The notes beneath the pieces were generated by a model. That model was given only the letters and a program-made list of their open reading frames with translations, did not search any database and was not told the origin of the DNA. A stretch of 62,340 nucleotides of DNA, the filler included, from Rhabdomonas costata (Eukaryota): NCBI GenBank assembly GCA_019059605.1. It is 31 parts of 31 records of this genome, joined end to end, with 100 filler letters (N's around TTAATTAATTAA, not from the genome) between each part and the next. Parts side by side here need not be neighbours in the genome. Positions count along the whole stretch, not along the records: positions 12,077 to 13,991 come from JAHMHO010007433.1; positions 14,092 to 16,005 come from JAHMHO010007434.1; positions 16,106 to 18,019 come from JAHMHO010007435.1; positions 18,120 to 20,034 come from JAHMHO010007436.1; positions 20,135 to 22,048 come from JAHMHO010007437.1; positions 22,149 to 24,062 come from JAHMHO010007438.1; 25 more parts are not named here. One strand, given 5' to 3'. A program made the translations under genes and the position numbers. Shown here in pieces: positions 12,077-24,162 of this stretch (the stretch's first letter is position 1; each line of letters starts with the position of its first letter).

Positions 12077-13156
12077 GGGTGGTGTGCTTGCAGCGACGCG
12101 GCCGTCTTTCGGCCTGTCGGTCGAAGTGCATTGTTGACAACCCGATAAGGCGCTTGTCGAGTGGAATCTTCCTCCCCCGCGGTCCACCACCGGCACGTCG
12201 CAACTGCAAGCACATCGCTGGGGTACCGTTCCTGGGCCCACGCCAGGCAGTCCTGAGAGAACAGTAGGGCATTCACACTGCCCGCACTGATCAGCCCGTT
12301 GGCAGCTATGAGAAGGGCATCGGGCTCATTCAGAACGTCCATGTACTTCTCCAGCATCGCTCGGTAGGACTGCTCCCAGGCCGCATCTCGGGACACCGTG
12401 GCGCCGAACGCCATCTCCAGAGCATCTAGGAAGAAGAGGATGAGACGCACGTGCGCAAAGGTGAAAGGGGAGCGGGGGCAAGGTGAGCAAAACCCCCGTG
12501 AAGAACAATATCAGGTCAAGGGGTTAGGTGGTGGTGAAAGTCAAGGGGGACAAAGGCACATAAAAATAAGACATACAAACCTAAGGAGGGCAGAACCAGC
12601 CTGCGCTTTTTCTTTCGCTTGAAGTACACGACCAGCATGAAAGCTGCGATGATCGCCACTCCAACAGCGACAGAAATGACAATTGTCGTGGCTGATGAAT
12701 CGGAACCTATGCACGTCAGTGGGAGCGAACGGGAAATTAGGGTGCTGCGCTTTCGGTTTTGAATAACCGCATCAAATTTATCGCTTGGCTGAAAAAGGTA
12801 ATGTTTGACGATAAGTAAAATTACACAAGTTTGCATAAATGCCTGTTCGTTTTCCAAGAAGCCGACGCCTCACAACAATGCTGAATGCGAAAACGGCACC
12901 ACTTCAGCGGAAACCCTTTCCAGTGAAAATGAATTCGAAACAGTCCGCTTCCCCGGTCTACAAACACAGCAGAGAAGCCGAGTACCTTGAGTCGAGTCAC
13001 AACGATGGGTGTTGCAGGGGGACCGCAATGTGGTTCCATTGGCAGAGTGGCACGCGTATGCCGTGGTTGGGTCGGTGACGAGAAATGTAGCAATGTAGAA
13101 GCCTGTGCCGCAGCTCGCAGAGCACGTCCCATTGTAGAAGGACCCTCCACAAGCGG
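12077..13156 (-). CDS. Single-pass receptor-like protein: TSP1-like Cys-rich module, TM helix, N-terminal part of an ADP-ribosyltransferase-like domain (partial)
   Basis: Exons 13156-12986 (CSASCGTG...PCNTHRC), 12706-12581 (IVISVAVGVAIIAAFMLVVYF then KRKKKRR), 12425-12077. Both joins are phase-1 GT-AG and in frame. The last exon is 40/92 identical, ungapped (manual count), to 43564-44164. Confidence 0.75.
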
Positions 13157-16100
13157 CTGTGTGGTAAGATGGGATAACATCCACAAAAAAAGACAAGCAA
13201 CGATGAGCGATGAGATGCTGAACAAGTGCACCCAGTGTGCAAAGCAACGATAGGCACAGGAATTAAATTAGCGGGCTTCTGGCTGACTAACGCCATCCCG
13301 AAGTCATCTGTACAGTGCTGCCCTCGCGACAGAAGGTTGCGCGTACGAGGCACCGAATTAAACGACTGGAAACCTCAGCAAAACGCCCGGTGCTCTCCGA
13401 ACACATAGATAGCCGTCGACAACTTCACATCTCCGCAGCTCGAACGGATCGGCGTGACGTTCGGTGAGACTTTCAAGTGCTGTTCAACACGAAAAGGCCG
13501 CCCAACGACGCAAAGCGAACCAAAATTGTAACGAAATCATAGAAACAGCAGGCGACAGAAAACACCCCAGTTCTCCCTCTGCCCACCTCTCCGTATATCC
13601 TGTATTCCTAGATTATTGTCCCAGCGCTATCCCTGGATTTTCCTAGATACTCGCCGCGTCATCCATCCTTGCCTTCCTCGTGGTGGATCATCGTTGGTAG
13701 GAGTTTCTCCGAGCAACACTTTTTCAATTTAGAACTGCATCTAGTGCATATAGCTCTGTTTCGTCGTTTGCACTGGCTGGCAACAACCTCGAATGCTAGA
13801 ACCCCGCGTGAACGGACATGTTCCTATCAATACAAAACATGCCTGTGCAGGGCGTCCGCGTGAATGGACATGCCTTCGTTATTACCAACAAATAACAGAA
13901 CGCCATACCAAACATACCGGTGCAGGGCGTCCCAACCCATGGAGGAAGGTTCAACAGGCACGCCCACGGGTTGCCACCCAGCTCCAGGCTGNNNNNNNNN
14001 NNNNNNNNNNNNNNNNNNNNNNNNNNNNNNNNNNNTTAATTAATTAANNNNNNNNNNNNNNNNNNNNNNNNNNNNNNNNNNNNNNNNNNNNTGTGGTGGG
14101 TGTGGTTGGTTTTTGGGGTGTCGGCACTAAAACCTGATTGCAGTGGGGGGGGGGACAGAATTGGATAAATTCCGTGCAAACCCCGTGAAAAAGAGTTGAC
14201 GGTGGTGGAAGAACTGAGTTCGCAGACTAAATGGTTGGTTGTGATGGTGGGGTGACTTTTTGCACATCTCAGCTCTCTCTCTCTCTCTTTCTCTTTCCTG
14301 TTGGCCAAGAACTTCAGAATGGCGACGACCCGGTTTGTCCACTCGCCGTACTCTTTCGAGGGTATGCACTCCGCTACCTCGCTACCATGGCCGCATACTA
14401 AACGCACACATTTGCGCAGATACACAACCGCACACTCACACGCACCAGCGTTTGGATCAACGTAACTCTTGAACCGAAGGTCTCGTCATATAGCATGGTT
14501 TTCAGACAAAAAGTTGGGCTTTTCATCACCCGTCCTTCATTTTTGTCTTGGTCAGCCTCCAAGTAGTTCGTGAGACAACGAAGTAGCGAAAATCGGACGA
14601 GTGGAAAAGCATTTCTTTAGGAGCGAAGCCCGGCCAGAGTGGGCGGCCGGGCATTTTAGAACCCTTAGAAAACCATTTAATAAGAAAAAGGGCTTCAGGT
14701 AAAAAAGACGCCATCCCCCGTCTCTCTTATGAGCAAGGGTGCCGGAGACTCCAAAAATAATCGTATCCTGTTGTGCATTCCCTTTCAGTATCGTCTTGGA
14801 TGTGGTGCAGTTTCCTAGGGGGTTACTTCTGCTATCCTTTCTTTTTGTTTGCAGGGATGACTGCTCTCCCAGGATTTATTCCACCTCTGCCGCTGAGCCT
14901 ACCTCCGCCTGCCTCGCCACAACAGCAGGGACCAAGGCACATCAATCCCCCCCTCTCTCAATCCAGTTCAATGGTTAACCTAACCGTTGCGTTTATTCTT
15001 GTTGCACCTTCATCCGGAAGTATCCTTATCACTCGTTTGTGACCCTCTGCGGTGCAGAGTTTTTACGGGGGAACTCGAGCAGCCTCACCAGTGGCCAGGC
15101 CTGCCCGGGGGTGTGGGTGACATCCATTCCAGCCGTGCTGCGGAAATGACTGCCTCCGCCCTGCCGTCCACGCTCCTTCCGGATGCAGTGGATCTCGCCC
15201 GTGGCCTCTCTACACTGCCCCCGCCTGGCAAAGGTCTGAGCGCCCTGGTGCTCGTCTTCTTCGCCTTCCCATGTGCTTGAGGGTGCGCCCTTCTTTGCGG
15301 CTGCCCTGTTTAGGGTGGTGTTATTCTCATATTATTTTCATTTTTATTATCGGGTGATCTCAAAGTAAGAGGTGGGAGGTGGGACATAAAGAACAGGCCG
15401 AGAAAAGGAAAGGAAAAACACCTCCAGGTAAAAACCAGTTTTTTGACCACCTCCTGCCTCATGTAGTGTGCACCTTTTCGGTTGTTTAGGTGACTCAGAC
15501 AATATTACCTGTGTCGCACCGCCCAGACCAATTTTGGTGATGAAGGCTGTCCGAATGTCCGGATATGAGTTTGGGTCGTTGTAGCGCGAATCACGCACAC
15601 GTGATGTGGCCGCCAGCAGAAGGGCTGCACCTGCGCGCTACGTCGGGTCAGTGTGCAAACGCACGGAAGGGGTATGTGGAGATCCGAACTTACTGGGCTC
15701 CTCTTGAAAGGCGAACATTGATGCATACAGAAGTTGAATAGCGGTGGTAATCGCTGTTGGTGAGATAGTTTAAGCCACCTCCTGGTTGCAGATGGCTTAG
15801 AAAATATAGCCATTCCCATGGTGCTACCAAGTTACGTGGGTCATCCAGGGAGGCTCTGTTCTGGGACTGGATCGATTCATATTTCCCCTAGCAATAGGAC
15901 TGGTTTCGCGTGCCCTTCTGTTGTTTTCATGATATCGGTGATCGGGTATATGTGCAGAGGCAGTACAAGCTCCAACTTCACCTTCTCCACCTTTATCCCC
16001 TGCAGNNNNNNNNNNNNNNNNNNNNNNNNNNNNNNNNNNNNNNNNNNNNTTAATTAATTAANNNNNNNNNNNNNNNNNNNNNNNNNNNNNNNNNNNNNNN

Positions 16101-17683
16101 NNNNNGTGGGGTTTTGCACGTCAGTCAGGTCGCGAACTGCTGAGCTCTTTCTGCGCCTCCGAAACAATATGGGCGGGTGCGCCTCACGCCTGTTCGCAGG
16201 CAACAAGGTCCTTCCTTCCCTCACTACCTTTAGCTTCGAGACGCTGCTCTGAATGCGCCGGTAAAAGATTGTTGCTGGTGGTCTTGAGTTTGATTGTGGC
16301 AATGCCCAAGAAACGGACGTCGATGAGAATCAATGCTTTAGTCACGCAAACCCGGGCATCCTTTTTACGCAATTCTTCAGAGATTGGGTAAGCTCTCTCT
16401 GATGATGTTCTGAATGGGTTGCAGAGCATATTCCGCCACGGCTTGCAGCCCCCGTGTCTCCCTCTGATGAGTTTTGGCGTCAAGATGGGTGTGTGTTGCG
16501 TCGTTTTCAAGACTGTGGGGGGCTCTTTGGTGGACTGGTGTTGTGCATATGTGGCTATTTTATGGGGAGTCCTTTCTCATGGGCCCCTCAGGTTACGGAT
16601 GACCGTGCGGACTCGAGGTTTCCCATTGTCCCAGGCTCTCAGGAGTCACCGTTTGCACCCACGTCCCTAGGTTGAAGATTTTTAGCAAGGGAAAGCTTTT
16701 TGGAAGAGCTTTTTGTTTTTCTTTTGAAACTTACCTGGGCCCTTTGAGGCCGCTTGTTCCCTTGTGTTGATCTGCACGAGAGCTTGGCGGACCGTAAGGT
16801 AAGGAAGTGAAGGAAGTGAGAGTGAGAGCGAGGTGAAAGAAATGGGGAACGCGCTGAACGCAGCGTCCTATCTCTCGCGGTGCGACACCAAATGCGGGCG
16901 AATGCCGGGTTCCCACGGGAACTTTGGAACGGAATGCGTGAGCCAACATCGCGGCTGTAACCTTGGACCAGTGTGCCGAATTTATGCAAATTGACCTTTG
17001 ACTTATTAAAAGAACCCTTCAAGGGTTTCGCGTTGGACATGACTACAGTTGCTGATAAAGTTGGGGGCGATTTGGAGCTTCCGGTGCTTAATTATTCTTC
17101 CCATTGGCATGGTTTCTATTGTTGCATTGTAACGCAATTACCGTTCTTTCACAAGTAGCATCCGTGCCTTTGCTTGTTGCATCCCAAAGTTTTGCGCGCT
17201 CATTCCCAGATTCTCGGCACGTTTCTGGTGATGGTCTTGTGCCGGCCCCTGCAGGGAGATGGGTCGGCGGGGCGGGGGACTTCCGCGGTATAAGCTTGAG
17301 GGCTTACTTTTTCTCCCCCTCCCCTCCCCCCTGCGCGCCTTGCATCACATTTCTAGCTCACCGTTGAAACGACAGAAGCAATAGGAATTAAATATATTCG
17401 CGAATTCAGCACCTTCCACAATGTGTCGAATAAAAGCGTTCACCGCGGTTTCTCATTTGCTGCTGGGGTTTCTCAGTTGACGATTTGAAGGATACCAATT
17501 ATTGGTTCCTTCCTGTTTGTGTTTTGTGCAGTGGTGCTCCAACGATCGTCGTGCCTTGTGCTGGACCAAAGCAGCGGGGAGCTCTTTCTTTGCCCTGGCT
17601 GGGGCGAGGTACGGCGTCTGGCAAGTGGATCGGTCCCCTTAGGCACTCTTCGGGTGTTCGACCTTCCCTCCTCCCTTCATCAG

Positions 17684-18019
17684 CCTGCCTCGGCGGATGA
17701 GGTTTTCCACCTGACTTACATGTCCCGCGAGACCCACCGCCACACGGAGAGGCAGCTCCAGCGGATCGCGGACAAGGCCCAGGCGTTCAACCGCCGTGTG
17801 GGTGTGACTGGGTTCCTGATCTACTCCAACCCGTTCTTTATCCAAACCATCGAAGGATGCGAGGACGCCGTGCAGTACTTGTATGCCAGAATTGCGAGGG
17901 ATCCCAACCACCTGGAATGCATCGTGCTCTCCACCGATCGAAGCAAGGAGCGGTGGTATGGCAACTGGAGCATGATGACGGCGGATATTGATGCCTTCTT
18001 CAACTTGTCCCCTCCCCCT
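17684..18019 (+). CDS. BLUF (flavin blue-light sensor) domain exon, similar to the first BLUF domain of euglenid photoactivated adenylyl cyclase
   Basis: LTYMS...FNRRVGVTGFLIYSNPFFIQTIEG...IARDPNHLECIVL...RWYGNWSM retains the BLUF Tyr, Asn, Gln, Trp and Met. Pyrimidine tract and CAG acceptor at 17681-17683. Confidence 0.92.
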
Positions 18020-20304
18020 NNNNNNNNNNNNNNNNNNNNNNNNNNNNNNNNNNNNNNNNNNNNTTAATTAATTAANNNNNNNNNNNNNNNNNNNNNNNNN
18101 NNNNNNNNNNNNNNNNNNNTGTGGGGGTGAAAGGCACCAGGGCACCAGGGCACCGGGGCACATGGAGGAGGAGCGGGGGTGAGCAGAGGGCAAAAGGAGA
18201 CAAGCAGCCTGAAGGCCCCGCTTTTTCCCCTCCTGTACTGCATACAGTAGAGAAGCGCAACACTAGATCTACAGAAAAATTGAAAAATATAATGGCGGGG
18301 CTTAAGAACAGCATCGCATCATCACCACACCCTGTTTTCTGAGAAATTCTGAATTGCCATAAACTTCTCTGCCAAATTGTATTCCGTCCCACAGGTACGT
18401 TTATGTGTACGCTCGAGTTAGGCACCGAAGAATCCCTCTATCAAGGGGCATTGCGCATTCAGTTCTGGTCTCCCAGCGGACTTTCTTTACTCAAGGGATG
18501 ACATATCCATTTGTGTGTCTCTGTTTAGGTTTCTTAAGCCCCGACGATTGCACAAAACATTGGCATGAAAAGGAAAAACAGCAACAAAAAAGGCAGGTAA
18601 ACAAGGTACGAATATGCGCAAGCTCCCCCGGGAGAGAAGAAAAGAAAAGAAGAGAAGAGAAGAGAAGAAGAGATTTGGCAGTGCGAAGGGTCACCGCTTG
18701 ATTCGTCAACGACCATGACAATGAATTGTGGAATTGCGAGAGCGAACGGGGCTGGTGTGAAGAAAGAAAAAGGAAAGGTTCAGTTCCTCTGAGAGGAAGA
18801 GAAGGAGAAAGTGAGAGACCAGAAGTCTTAGTAACACTCCTCGGTCTCTTCCTCACCCTCGGGAGGACTTCCGACACCCGCTGACCGCCTTCTACCACGA
18901 CTGGTGAACACCCTCCACCGATTTCCACACGCCTCGCAGAGAAAGTGGTTGTATCCCTGTGAATCCCCCCCAACCGAAAGTCAGTTAACCACAGCCACAC
19001 TCACAGTCGCGCAAAAAGGAATTATGTAGCTATGGGTGAAAGGTGGGTATTTTGTTTTTTTGTTTTTTCCCACCATTTTTTAAGTGTGTATGGAATCTAG
19101 CACGAGAGTGACGAGAGCGCTCCGTGGTTGCGTGCGTATTCACAGAAAAGTGCTGGTAAAATAAAGCCTGTCCCATCCGAACTATCCGAACTAAGATAAC
19201 AAAGCATGAGCACGCGAATCGTCGGCACACTTGGCCGCCAACCAAGTCTTCGGTCCGGTCGTTCTGGATGTTCCGGTACAGACGAAGTGGCCGCGACCCA
19301 CCCGTGTAAAAAACGACAAAAAAACACAATCTCTACGCGACCTCACACACAAAAACCCCGCAGGCAAGAAGCCGCTCAACGCGACTTCTAAAGATTTCTA
19401 AATAGAACCAGCCTCTGCAACCGCTGGTATTTATCACAAGAGCGGGAAGAACGAGTATGGGAAAGAAGATGAACACGAGCTCTGGTGCATACAACGTCCG
19501 GTTAACTGAGAAATGGATGGATTCAGTCAGAGTCAAGCCCTACCTTCTTGCATCTGATCCGCCGAAACGAGGCATAATGGGTGCAGGCATGGCCTGAGGA
19601 CGACCGCGAGTTCATCGCTGCGTTGCCAGGCGAGCCGCACTCCGGACCTTTTGGCCCAGGCCTGGCGCCAGCCCCACTGATTACCGCAGGAACGACGATG
19701 AAAGTGGGCGGATGCACCACGGGCAGCGACAGCGACACCGGGAGGGACAGCGGCAGGCAACGCTGGGCCACCGCTGGGGTTGCCAGAAGTGGTTCCGAGG
19801 GCACCATGGCGGCCCGCTGACAAGCTCCGTCCGAGGAGGGTGGCAGGAGGAGTCTCACCACCACGCAGGAGCTGGTACTGCCGTTGAGGGGCGAAAGCTC
19901 GGCGCTGGTGATGGTGCCACTTCGACTTTCTCCAGAGCCCAGTGCTGAGGTCCAGGACGCTGTCCTTATCCAGATCCGCGGTGACCGTGAGCTGTAGCCC
20001 AGCAGAGGCCTCGCGCAGCACCAACCCACAACCCNNNNNNNNNNNNNNNNNNNNNNNNNNNNNNNNNNNNNNNNNNNNTTAATTAATTAANNNNNNNNNN
20101 NNNNNNNNNNNNNNNNNNNNNNNNNNNNNNNNNNGGGTTGTGTTGACACACTTTCTGGTGACGTTTTAATTGGAAATTATGCTGAACTCTGTGCAGTAAT
20201 ATTGCCACTGCTTATCATTTGAGAATGTGAATCGCCCGTTCGTCTATCGTTCGCATGGGTTAGTCGCACACTCGCACACCTGCCTGGTACATCCCTGGGC
20301 ACAG

Positions 20305-21329
20305 GGTGCATGTACGCGGACACCTGCCGCGGCTTTCTGGGGCAGTTGGGCGCCAGGCAGGCCTCCTTCAACGCCACTGTGCTGACGAGCTGTGTTGGAG
20401 ACCCTGCCACCCAGGGCCCCAGCAGGGCATTCGTCATGGGCCCCTCGCAGTGGCACCCCGGGCTGGCGGACGAAACTCACAACGAGCAGGCCAGCGTGCT
20501 TTTGGGGTTCATGCAGGGGATGTTCCCAGTTACAGCCCAAGGCTTGTGTTTGTTCTACGCTGCCTATCTCTCCTTTTTTCTGCAGGAGGGGGAGTGTTTG
20601 TGAGTTCAGGTGGGTTGTCGATTAGAAGCGATTGCTTGTGGGCAACCGTTCTCAGTGGCCCATGGATTTGGTACAATCGCTGGTGGAGGTGGGAAGGAGG
20701 GGGCGCTTGCTATCTAAAATCTTGATCAGACACCCATGGGAAACAATGTGGAGCAACAATTTTCTGAACAGGTACGTTTTGGTAGGGCAACGTTGGCAGG
20801 CCGTCATGTTGGTTTGTATCCTGCAGAAAGCAACCTCACAACCTCTCACGTGCGGTTTATCTGAGGGGTTTTTCCTCAAAAAAAATATCTGAGGGGTTGT
20901 CTCTACCCCGCCCTTCCTTGGGAACAGCAACGGAAGAATTTCCCATTGTTTTCTGTGGGTATCGTTTTTTGCTGTATAAGATGTCTTTGACAAGATTTCA
21001 GTCACGGGCATTTCACCAAACCCCTCCACCGTTGACCAACAGGGCCCTCCTCCCCAGAGCAGTTTCGGCAAGCTTACCGCAACGCCGCCGGCACCGACCC
21101 CACCTACCACGCCGCAAGCGCCCTGGCCTCGTTGTACCTCTTTCAGCGCTCCATGCTTATGCCGAAGCAATCTAGCCCCGCTCGCTTGATGGAAGAGATC
21201 ACGGTGATGTCCACGATTGGGCTGCCCACTTTCTACGGCGCGCTGTCTCTAGATCAGGGGTCTGGGATGCTCTCCCGGGCGGAGGACTTCGCGCTGCTGC
21301 AGTACGACAGCACCGCCACCACCTCAAAG
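20305..21329 (+). CDS. Type I periplasmic-binding-protein-like (Venus flytrap / LIVBP) domain exons
   Basis: Exons 20305-20541 and 21043-21329, phase-1 GC-AG join: VMGPSQWHP...FRQAYRNAAGTDPTYHAASALASL...PTFYGALSLD. These are typical C-terminal motifs of branched-chain amino-acid binding proteins. Confidence 0.7.
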
Positions 21330-22148
21330 GCGTGCATTCCTCCGCTGCCACCGCTTCGCACGCTCTTTTCTTTTCTTTTCCTTACTTTGTGACCTGCCCG
21401 TTATTTTTTTTGCCCGTTGAGCATCGGATAGTCTGACACCACAGAGTCGCCCGCCACATGAAGTGCTGCGGAAAATAAATGAAACTACGTAAACATGAGG
21501 CAGCATACCGCAGCGACGCTCTCTGCCGCTCATTCCCGACTCCCCCACCCATCCACCCATCTCCCTTCTTTCCCCGCTGTGCAAAGAGTCCGCCGCCCCC
21601 AGAATCCGTTCAACCCTCTCCAACCAGCAGACTCCAGTCGGACACACTGTTGTAATGCTTTCCGTAGATTTCCGCGGAGGAAAGGCCACGAAAACATGAA
21701 AAAGAACTGGACAACCGTCTGCAGACACCGATTCCGTGCGCCCTGAGCAGAACTTAACTCCTGAGAAGTACTGCACAGACAAGAAATCAATGCGTAAGCC
21801 TCTCAGCAAAGCTTGGAACATAGGCAGCTTCCTTGCACGGCTCCCAAGTGGTTGCGCGTGACTTAGAGACAACCTTATTTTCATCCACGGTTTTTTTTCG
21901 CCTCTGCGTGTTTCCTCTTTTCTTCGTCTTTTCTCAAACGTAAAGACACAGACTGTCTTTAAGTTAAACCAAAAACCCACCAAAACCCCTCACCAACAAT
22001 CGCGGGATGCTGTTAAAATTTGCTTCCTCGAACTCGTCCAACAACACCNNNNNNNNNNNNNNNNNNNNNNNNNNNNNNNNNNNNNNNNNNNNTTAATTAA
22101 TTAANNNNNNNNNNNNNNNNNNNNNNNNNNNNNNNNNNNNNNNNNNNN

Positions 22149-23686
22149 GCTGATTGAGGGAGTGACGGCAAAGAGCATGCATCAGATGAGCCTGGGGCTA
22201 GCCCACAGCTTGAGCCGGCACAAGATGAAGTTCAGCGCGGACAAGATTGATGTGATGGTGATTCAGGCCATTGGGTGTGGTTTCCCACCTCTGCCTGGGT
22301 GGGCCTGTGGGTGTATGTAAAGATTGTCCGGAACTGTCGAAGTTGTGGTTTCCTTTGTGGTCACAAACTGAATGTACATTTGTGCGTGTGTCTCCGTAGT
22401 CAGAAAATACGGTCTGTGGATCCCAGACGAGACGAGGAGAGTCTGTTCGGCTTTACAATCAGACTGGGCGAGCGCAGAGGAACTACCCAGAACCGCGGTG
22501 TCTTTCGCCATGGATTTTTCTCAAGAACCTCGGTTCCAGGCTGAAACTTGACCCCCCCCCCCGTGAACCACTTGTGGTCCGCCAACCACCAACGGAGTTC
22601 AGCGCACATCGATGACGTTACCCGAGTGGGGCGATGAACGGTTCCCGAGAGATTGCCGTACAAAAGGGACTGATTTTCGGTGCGGAAGCCAGCCGCCGCC
22701 GCGGCCGAAGCGGGTGCGTGGGCGGGGACGTTCCCCAGGGCTTAATTGCCGGCTGGACTCTGATACCCAGTTATTGGTTCACGCTCGTGAACCACCCCAG
22801 GTGGTTCACGGGGGCGGGGGGGTCGAGTTTCAGCTTAACTCTAGAACCTCTGCCCAACAGCAGAGGGGTTATGGACTCCGACAAGCAGCCAGCCGGGCAG
22901 CTGCAAGATTGGAAAGCCTGCTGGAGGCAGAAAAACGTGTATAAACAACACCCTGTGCACTTCTTGTGCAAAGCAACCCGCAATTATCAACATGTTGCTA
23001 GGAATGTTGCTGAATTTTCTCGTAGAGCCACCGATTGGACAATGGAGGTGCAGCATTTAGAGACGGCAGAAGAAATAAGGTTCATATTGATCTTCCTTTT
23101 GCATTTGCACTCCGCATTTTTCATTTTCGTTTTCGATTTGCAGGCTCCTCGATGACTTGGACAAGGAGCTGAATACCTACGTGATGCGTGTCAAGGAGTG
23201 GTATGCGGGGGGTTCGGGTTCAAATCAGTTTTCAGGAAGAAAAATCCTGAGGCAATGCTGGGCTGTGTACCCCCAAGGCTTTTTTCGATGCGGAATGGTC
23301 CTCGCTGCCGCACTCCCACGATTAGGAAAGTTGCCGGGGATTCGCATTCGCTTTTTGAAGAATAGTGGTCACTTCTCCTTGGTGACGCAACCTTGTTGGA
23401 CTCGCCGGATTAGGAATTGTGCCCTGTAATTTTGCCATAATTCCCACCAACTGTTAGAAATCCAGTGGGCACTTCGCTTTCCTGTGTGCGTGATAGGGAT
23501 TGGGGGGGGGATAGGTACGGGTGGCACTTCCCTGAGCTGACCAAGGTTGTCAGCGACAACGTCACCTACGCCAGGCTTGTGCTGCTGATGGGGCCCCGTG
23601 AGAACGCCCCGAACGTCGACCTCACTGAGGTGCTCACTGAGGAGGACGCCGCGCACGTCAAGGATGCGGCGATTCACTCAATGGGA
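22149..23686 (+). CDS. NOP58: Nucleolar protein 58 (box C/D snoRNP), internal fragment
   Basis: Exons 22149-22274, 23144-23200, 23515-~23686: [62 protein letters not shown]...SMG. Confidence 0.95.
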
Positions 23687-24162
23687 GTCGGGGTATACCA
23701 TTTTGCACGTTTACGTCATGCCTCCTCTTCTTTCCAAAGAAAAACAACAAGATCTCTCTTTGCGTCGCTTGCAAGGGCAAGGCCAACACCCGTGGGGTGG
23801 ACCCCACGCCTCCTCACCCCCCTCCTCCTTTTTTCATCCGTACTCTGCGTCGTACGTCATCGTAGCAATCACACTATCCGTTAGTTCTATCCCAAATTCA
23901 AACTGTAATATTTTTCATGTTGTTTTTTCAGAATGTGAATCTCTTTATTATGTCGTTATTGCTGAGCCAAAAGGGCGAGAGTACCCTGGCAGAGCACTCC
24001 CATTGAAAGAATTGAATCAAATTAGAGCAAGGAGAGCAATGCAGAGGGGAAACAGCCCGTGGNNNNNNNNNNNNNNNNNNNNNNNNNNNNNNNNNNNNNN
24101 NNNNNNTTAATTAATTAANNNNNNNNNNNNNNNNNNNNNNNNNNNNNNNNNNNNNNNNNNNN

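Noticed and set aside
13805..13932. Short local tandem duplications (also near 3465, 46730, 54604 and 56047)
   Set aside because: Two-copy slippage-type duplications with no spacer array or conserved unit.
19570..20034. GC-rich overlapping ORFs, one plus-strand frame interrupted by TGA/TAG (possible readthrough or code change)
   Set aside because: No recognisable protein, and TGA/TAG act as normal stops in the GRP94, MATE and RNPS1 genes.
22608..22673. Possible box C/D snoRNA in the NOP58 intron (CGATGA...CCGA...CGATGA...CTGA)
   Set aside because: The C boxes are non-canonical, I found no convincing rRNA guide match, and it lies inside a MITE-like element. A snoscan run would settle it.
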